Shown here in pieces: positions 54,725-64,000 of a stretch of DNA of 64,000 nt. Position numbers and translations under genes: made by a program. Source of the DNA: Octopus sinensis. Its lineage: Eukaryota. Below the pieces are notes generated by a model that was not told the origin of the DNA, did not search any database, and saw only the letters and a program-made list of their open reading frames with translations. How positions within the stretch are numbered: position 1 is the first letter of the stretch; each line of letters starts with the position of its first letter. Where the stretch lies: positions 124,372,001 through 124,436,000 of the forward strand of contig NC_043001.1 in NCBI RefSeq assembly GCF_006345805.1, in the 5' to 3' direction.

Positions 54725-55870
54725 TCTACACATGGGTAGATATAAATGTATTGTATGCTTCATTGTATCTGGGGTTGTGGGTTGATATGTATGAGAGTGA
54801 TTTAAAGTGAGGTATGGTGTTTTGTTTTGTTGTCCTTAGTGTGTTTTTGTCCAATTTCTTGGTACGTTAAATTCCATGATCTATAAGCGCGGGTGGGTAT
54901 TGACATTCAATGAGTGTTATTTTGAGGTCGTTTAGAAGTTCCCGAGTGGTTAGGTGATGTTCCCAAAATAAATATTCCAGAGTGAATGGGATATTTATTT
55001 TGGTGCATTTAGGATGACATGAACTAAAAAGGAGATACTGTTTTGAGTCTGTTGGTTTGCAGTAGATGACAGTAGCAATTTGGTCGTTAGATTTTTTAAA
55101 TAATCTAAATGTCCAGCAATGGGGACTGTTCTTTGTTATATTCCATTGTAAATTGTATATTGGAGTTTATATTGTTCAGTGTGGATTTGAAATCCAGCAG
55201 ATTATCATAAGTTTCATTCCAGATGATAAAACAATCGTCTAGGTACATTTTCCAGTTTTCTCTTATATACGGGTGGAATGGAGCGAAAGTTCATATAGTG
55301 TATATTCAAAGAAGCCCATTATTAGGTTCGCAAGGACAGGCGCTGCTTTCGTTGCTATCGCAATACGGCATTTTTGTGGATAGTATGTTGCATCGAATAG
55401 GAAGTAATTGTTTTGTAGGATTAACTTCAGGGATTCAATGACAAAAGTCTGGTTTATGCGGTCCGGGAGAACTTCAGAGTATTTTTCTAACCAGAATATT
55501 ATTGCCTCTATTCCGTAGTCGTGTGGAATGTTAGTGTAGATGTTGATGACTTCGAAGGAGACTAATAGTGCTTCTTCGTTGGTGGTTTTTGGTAGATGCT
55601 CTAGCACGTGCAGATCGTCTCTAATGAAACTTTCTATGTATCTGAGGAAAGGTTTCAATAGTATGCCTAGAAAGTTGCTTAGGCGGTGTGTTTCACGGGC
55701 TGGGCCCGCTATAATGGGCCTTAATTTTAAGTTTTCTGTCTTCTTGTGTGGGGATATTTATGTATAGACCTGGATTTGATTTGCAGGCCATTAGTAATTA
55801 ATTGTCTCTCGTGAATTTTGGGGGAGCATAGAAAAGGCTTGGTTTGCATTTAAAGTTTGTGATCGTCTTT
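54725..55870 (-). mobile_element. Penelope-like (Neptune-like) reverse transcriptase fragment
   Basis: FIRDDLHVL..VINIYTNIPHDYG..ILQNNYFLF..KAAPVLANL..WKMYLDDCFIIW..NINSNIQFTMEY. Confidence 0.9.
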
Positions 55871-55885
55871 ATATATATATATATA

Positions 55886-57647
55886 TAAGTTCAGCAAAAT
55901 TTAGATTTAAATGAATATGGTACTTAAGTTAGATGCACCAGAATTTTGTATGGTGTTATCCATATAAATCCAATGGGTGATTATAATCAAAAATAAACAA
56001 CAAGAATAACTTCGGTAATTTGGTACGATCGTTTCACGCTACATCATTTTATTAAATATTGTAAGTATTACAACAGTTTTAAAATGTTGAGCAATCATCG
56101 GCCATTTATAGAGGTTTTCCATTAACACATCATTTTCATATCAATTGATAACATTATAGAGAAGGTAGATAGATAGACAAAGATGTCGATTTAAATTTTA
56201 AGAACATTAAAGTAGTAGAGTTTATCTTCTGACTGAAGAATATTCATTAAGTTATTTTGAACTGCTAGAAGGTTGGGAAGTATAGTCAGTTGAAAGAAGA
56301 CAAAAAAATTTTCTATTTATAGAAATAGGGGTGAAATAAATGTCATAAGGTCTTCATAAAGAAATTAAGGTAGAGAGGGTGTTGTAATGTCATAGAAGCT
56401 GTTTACTACTATTTGGCAAACAGATTTTGTATTAGGAAAACTAGGTCAATGTCAGATGGTCACAGTGACCACTTATATATCAAAAAGTTATAGAGAATGC
56501 AGAGATCCCTTTATAATTATATACATCAGTTTTATACTTAGCTAGTAGGTGTTGAATATTTTGATTCGTTGGATTAAAGGAGAAATTATAAATCTAATAT
56601 TTATTCATTTTGGAGAAAAATCTATCATTTATTATGAGTAGGCATAATACTCAATAACTGAGGACAAAAGTCTTATTAATAGAGTGAATATATTAGGGGT
56701 CAAATATAAATATTAGAAAAACTGGAAGAGGAGTAATCAAGAAGAATAATTTTCTTAGGTTTAGTAGGTGATTTAATTTTATGAAGAGAAGTAATTAAGA
56801 AGAGTAAATTACTCAGATTTAGTAGATAGTAAATTGTTATTAATGAATTAAAATATACAATCTGTTCGACATAATATTTACTACCTGCGGAGAAAAGCTA
56901 ATTAGTTAGGTAAAAATATCCTGGGTTAATGATATATTAAGAAATGGAAGTGAGGTAATCAAGGTGAACTGAGTAGTTTCTTTAAGGACATAGAATTTAT
57001 ACTATTTAATATAGGAGATTATCAAAAAAAAGAGAGAATTTAATTCTAAATATGCAATGACGTTTTTTAGTAATCTATGCATGTTGAATTAAAAACTAGT
57101 ATGGTATATTCATTCTTATTTGGTTATAAAGAATTAGAATTTGAAAAGTTTAGGAACGGTCACAATATTATTATCTAAAATATTTAAACGTACGGGTTGT
57201 GCGATGTATGCAAGATTCCTAGTTCAGAACAGTTATTTAACAGATTTGTATTATTCCTATGTTTTAAGATTTTATATGTTTCCATAGAACAAAGTTCACA
57301 ACCGTCTCTACTATTTTTATAAGGCCGTGCTCTTCTTACTATATCCCATTTCAGGTTAAATTCTATATTATTCCTTTTCAGTTCCCAAATTTTACTAGAC
57401 AACGTTGTGCAACCTGCCTTGTGTTTAAGCCTAAAGGAGGAAAATTGATTGTTTAAACGTTTTTTAAATCTACCAAACAACCGAAATAAAGATAGTTGTT
57501 ATTTGAAGTCACTATTGTACATTTATAAATTACATTTTGGCCAAACAGCGGCCAGATACCGAACATTTCGATGTAATTCTACAATTACAACTAGGAGGAT
57601 AATTCCTGGTACTAGTATTATTTATGGACAATTCGTTTTCATATATT

Positions 57648-57650
<3 letters not shown>
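55886..57650 (-). mobile_element. 5'-truncated Penelope-like element (GIY-YIG end with CxLC, long AT-rich 3' region, hammerhead), inserted in (TA)n
   Basis: IYKC..YFG..FKKRLNNQFSSFR..LSSKIWELKRNN..CELCSMETYKI..LLNNCSEL. Hammerhead tgg-CCGATGA..GAAACGATCGTA-cca at 56021-56104. Confidence 0.85.
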
Positions 57651-57699
<49 letters not shown>

Positions 57700-57819
57700 A
57701 TATATATAGGCATGGCTGTGTGATAAGAAGCTTGCTTCCCAACCTCGTTTCCAGGTTCAGTCCCCATGGGTAAGTGTCTACTTCTGTAGCCGCAGGTCGA
57801 CCAAAGATGAGAGCTAAAA

Positions 57820-59055
57820 GCTTTACTCCTCTTGCATACGTGTATTTTATGAGAGAAAAACACGTAATAATTGAAGTAAAAAAATGGATTTCATACACAA
57901 ACTTCTGTTTGTTTATTATATGACAATAATAAATGAGTTCTGTGTGTTATTTTATTTATTAATACAGCAATAGCAATTATTGTACATTTAAATAAATAAT
58001 TTAGTCACTCTTGAATGAAATGACAATAATAGTAAATTATGTTATTGAAGTATTCGTGTTGCATTAAGAGTAAATATTTCTTTATAAACAATGCTTTTTG
58101 TTTTATTTCGGTGTATAAAAGCAAAAAAGTTTGCTTTTGGCCCCACATGTAATAATCGAAGAAGGAGTATTGAAAGATTCAGTTCCATCGTGAATGAAGG
58201 TAGAAAAATAGCTAGATTATATAGAAGAATAACTTTACGGAATGCAGATGACTGTGATGGAACTAAAAAAGCCACAGATCAAGTAGAACACCCATTTGTC
58301 ACTGTTTCTTTTGACAGTCGAATAGGCCGTATGGTCGAGCAGAATTGTTAGACTCAGTTTTGAATCTGAACCAGGGTGAGACAAACCCAAGAGATTTAGG
58401 TCTAATCTTCTATAGGCGTGTATTTTATAAGAGAAAACATATAATAATAATTGAAGTAGGAAAATACATCGATGTTATACACGTTAAGTTATTGAAGTAT
58501 TGATGTTGCATTAAGAGTGAATATTTCTTTACAAACAATGTTTTTTGGTTTCATTTCGGAGTGCATAAGCAAAAAGATTTGCTTTTACTCCCACACCTGA
58601 TACTCCTACATAAAGTTGGCCATGTGAAAAGCATGGTTCTTCAAGCTGCAATCCAGAAACTTCTAGTATTTGGCCCTGACTTTTATTTATGTTCATGGCA
58701 AAAGAAAGTGGAGTAGGAAACTTAACGGTTTAAATTGGAATGGGACATTAGATGGTATAAATGGTATGCAAGAAATGAAGACGGTATCACCTTTACCACA
58801 ACCAATGAGAATATTTGCCTCAGTGCAGTTCCTCATGCGTTTGTGCACAATTACTGTAGTACAATTGCATAGTGTAGTACAATTGCATAAATTTTGTTGA
58901 AACAATTTAGGCAATAGCACAATAACTTCCCCTGAACCAGGTACTTTCGTTTTGCTGGAGAAAGAAAGAGACAGAATTTCCATTTTATATATGTTGAGAA
59001 AGCACGATAGCTTCCCCTCATCTACATTTACTTTCATTTTGCTGGACAAAGACTG
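57820..59055 (-). mobile_element. Helitron Rep/helicase C-terminal (PIF1-like) remnant with duplicated 3' end
   Basis: NLCNCT..EANILIGCGKGDTVFISCIPFIPSNVPFQFK / FAMNINKSQGQ..CFSHGQLYVG. Terminal K..IVYKEI segment at ~58490-58600 and again at ~58040-58150. Confidence 0.9.
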
Positions 59056-59066
59056 AGTCTCTCGTT

Positions 59067-59151
<85 letters not shown>

Positions 59152-61131
59152 TTGTGCTTGTCACCCCCATCACCAGCTTGGCAACCGCTGGTGCTGTATT
59201 TACGTCCATGTCCCTTAGCGGTTCGGCAAAAGAAACTGATGGAATAAGTGCTAGGTTTTAAAAAATAGGTCCTGGGGTCGACTTATTTAATTAAAAGTTT
59301 TGAAGAAGGTGCTCCAATATGGCCGCAGTCAAATGACTGAAACAGGTTAAAGAATAAAAAAAAATACATACATACATATTTATATATGTAGTATTTTCCT
59401 TCACACTCGATTGTAGATATGGCATTCGCCGCTACGTCTCAGCTCGGGGAACATGTTCTCCCTTGAGACGCATAAGGAAAAAAGAATAATTCGCTCTAAA
59501 TGATGCCCTGAAGCGTGTTATGATTTTGCGCAGAAGCTCTCTATGAAGAACTCTTTCTCCGCGACATAATCCATCCCTAAATGCAATTTTCATATTCGAG
59601 GGAGGGTGTAAGTCATATAATAAATACTTTTTATATAACTAGTTTGAATGTCGCTGCTTCTTTTACGTATGCTATTTTTGATTGCCATATATGTATAGCG
59701 AGTTAACCTTTTATCGTTGCACCTCTCTTAGATCCTGAAAGAGAATCAGTGATTATTCAACCTGGCCTTAAATAAACCTCCGTCTGCTTTAAATACCACG
59801 GCTTGTTTTTTTGCAATATATATGCATTGTTAATGCTAAGCGCACACCTGAACGAGAATCATGACTTACACCTGTTGAATATTTTCCTTTGCTTATGATC
59901 ATGTGCAAAATGCCTTTCGACGAAAGTAAGGAAGGCACTGCTCACGCAGGTTTTCACGTTGAGCAAGAGGTAACAACCTAGATAAATTTCGGGCAACCTT
60001 TCATTTGACAGTGTGTTTGGACATATAACTAGTTAGTCTTTAAACACGCTGGCTCCCGGAGCTTCGTTATAATAAGGGGTATATCAATGAAAAGAAACTC
60101 TTCCTTTACTTCCGGAGTATGCTATAAATTTTAGTTCTGTTTCGTTCCATTTTATCAATACCAAATCACCAAGCGCTTCTATATAACTATAACAAAAGAG
60201 AGGGTATGTGCTTCCGGCTGGGATGCCTGAAGAGTTAGTTGTCAATATTGCGAAACCGACTAGTTATATGTTCATAAGAAGTAATACACTATTCAACGAC
60301 ATGTATATGGGTGTGTATGTGTGTATATATATATATATATCTTGCTATCATGTAATACTATAGCTTATATGTGTGTGAGAGAGACAGACATACAGAGACA
60401 GTGTGTAGCGTGTGTGTGCCTGTGTTTGTGCCTTTGTGGCAGTGTGTCCACATATTTATTTACTACTGGTATTTCATGTTTTATATGTAAGATGTAGCAA
60501 TCAACAGTTATATTGTCCTTTTAGTTCTCTCCTGAGAAGAAAGCAGTTCAACATATATATATATATACTGTTTTTTTTTCGTGAACGAATCGTCAGTTTA
60601 TACATGATGGTAGTCATGTGATACCTAATCAACCAAACGCATTTACATAAAACGAATAATGCATTTCTTGTTGGCACTTCCGAATTCCGAGGTTAATATA
60701 TACTTACTCTGTAGTTAAATGTTAACCCCCACAAATTATCTATGCCTGTCTATAAATATATATTCGTTGCTTCTTATTAGCTGTTTGATATTTGAGCAAT
60801 GTATACGATCATAAAATGTGTTTATTTTTGACGATTCTGAGTGTACGTGTGTGCGCTCGCTCGCGATCATGTCTGTGCGACTGTGTATATGTGTGTGTGT
60901 GTGTGTGTGATTGAATTGTGTGACGTCTTATTTAGTGTGTATAAGAACAAATTTACTGTTACACATCAACATAAATATATTGATATATACACAGACGCAC
61001 ATAGGTTTATACATAGCGATATACATATCTAGAAGTGTATATATGTGGGTGTGTATGTGTGTGAGTGTTTGTGGTTTGTGTATCTATTTATCTATCAATA
61101 TATATATATTCATATAATATATATATGTATA

Positions 61132-62435
<1,304 letters not shown>

Positions 62436-62621
62436 CACACATATGTGTATATTTATATATATATATACGTATACGTATGCGTATGTGAATGTATACGTGT
62501 ATATACATATATATGTGTGTGTGCATTCACAAACATATCTGTGTATGCATATATATGTATATGATTATATCTATTATTTTTATGATCATCATCATCATCA
62601 TCAGTAGTAGTAGTAGTAGTT

Positions 62622-62652
<31 letters not shown>

Positions 62653-63819
62653 CAATATATAGTGTAAACAGCTTTCTTGTCTTTTTCATTCACGTTTTGA
62701 TATATATCTTAATGTCACAGTATACGAATATTAAAGACATTTTGGGAATTGCCATTCCCAAGACTCTACGCAACCGTTTTCTTTGTCTTTTTCTCTTTTT
62801 GTTTTTTCTCTTCATTGGAATAATAATCTGCCGTTTGTATTTAAAGAGAAAGTGCAGTAATATTGTATATATATATGCTGTTTTAATATCGTTTTCGTTT
62901 AGACGAGGTACAGAATGCTATGATTTAATCGTGAAGCAAACAGGAAATATGGGTCTCATGCATTCTAATAAGGGATGTGAAGGTTTCGTCAAATGGAGAT
63001 TCTGAAAATGTCATGCAGTTGGGCTTTCAAAGCTAATAACTCTTACTCCACAAAGCTCATCACATTGTTATTCAAACATGGGATTTACTACATTTGAGGC
63101 TTTGATATTCACTCCTATATTCAGGAGAGAAAATATTGGACATTCCATTTTCTGAACTTTCAAATTTTTTTTTCACCGAGTTACAGTCTTGATGAAAGTG
63201 AAATCGTTTTGCGTCCAAAATACCAGAGTGATTCAACTTCGATGCTCCACTACTTCTAATGGTTTCATATATAACAATACGAATATATAAAGTGACAAGG
63301 CAGAAGCCATTAGGTACTCATCTAGACTGTTGTGAAGAATAGCTATATTTCTTCAAATCACAAATGGATGGAAGCACTCCGTCGTTACGACGATGAGGGT
63401 TGAAACTGTCACTGAGGTTATCTTTGAATTTCATCTGCATAAAACAAACCGAATACCATTCCAACATTCGGGTCAGCTAAATTGATTTTGCATTTTTTTG
63501 AAAGTCAATGGCAGTTTGTAAATATTAGGAATAATTAATATATAACGATTGCAGATAAGGCACTTACCTATTTGAGTTATTGTTATTGTTTGATCAATAT
63601 TTTAGTTTATTTCATTCAACCCTATAAAAATTAAAAGATGCTACACTTTTATGAATAAAAGATATTTTAAAGAAACTCCTTTATAAGGCATTTGTTATTT
63701 AACCCCATATCATCTATATGATTACAAACACTCCCATGTTGACTGTCACGTCCTTTTTTAAGGAGAGTAATATATTGTCATTCATGCTTTTCCTATTTCA
63801 GTACACTTATTTGTGATTT

Positions 63820-64000
63820 GTGGAGGCGCAATGGCCCAGTGGTTAGGGCAGCGGACTCGCGGTTATAGGATCGCGGTTTCGATTCCCAGACTGGGCGTTG
63901 TGAGTGTTTATTGAGCGAAAACACCTAAAAAGCTCCACGAGGCTCCCGTAGAGGATGGTGGTGATCCCTGCTGTACTCTTTCACCACAACCTTCTCTCAC
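63820..64000 (+). mobile_element. tRNA-derived SINE, family R, type A, cut by the window end
   Basis: Matches the 40810 and 46081 heads. Confidence 0.9.

Noticed and set aside
59417-59610. Exon-like segment with a strong GTAAGT donor and a small hairpin containing GAACATGTTC
   Set aside because: All three frames are closed from either candidate acceptor, and the hairpin is too short and imperfect for a miRNA call.
60225-60275. CTGAAGA...GAAA hammerhead-like spacing
   Set aside because: Helices I and III cannot be formed and helix II is weak.

Overview
A 64-kb AT-rich, microsatellite-saturated eukaryotic intronic or intergenic window. I could not identify any host protein-coding gene. The repeat inventory suggests an octopod (Octopus-like) genome; this is inference from the repeat families, not a database result. 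Almost all ORFs in the supplied track are translations of simple repeats. The recognisable coding remnants are all decayed transposons: several Penelope-like retroelements (RT and GIY-YIG), an R4/Dong-like LINE with a restriction-like endonuclease, an L1/Tx1-like RT, decayed CR1/L2-like RTs, three Tc1/mariner transposases and a Helitron helicase end. Three tRNA-derived SINE families and two Helentron-type non-autonomous elements are also present. Three signals stand out. (1) At least 8 minimal type-I hammerhead ribozyme motifs from several families, mostly inside short segments bounded by (TA)n. One pair of copies shows three compensatory base changes, and three copies carry the rare U3:A8 core in place of C3:G8. 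(2) About 8 local inverted (fold-back) duplications, one a 365-bp templated inversion with microhomology at both junctions. (3) A bipartite SINE that carries a variable microsatellite inside it.
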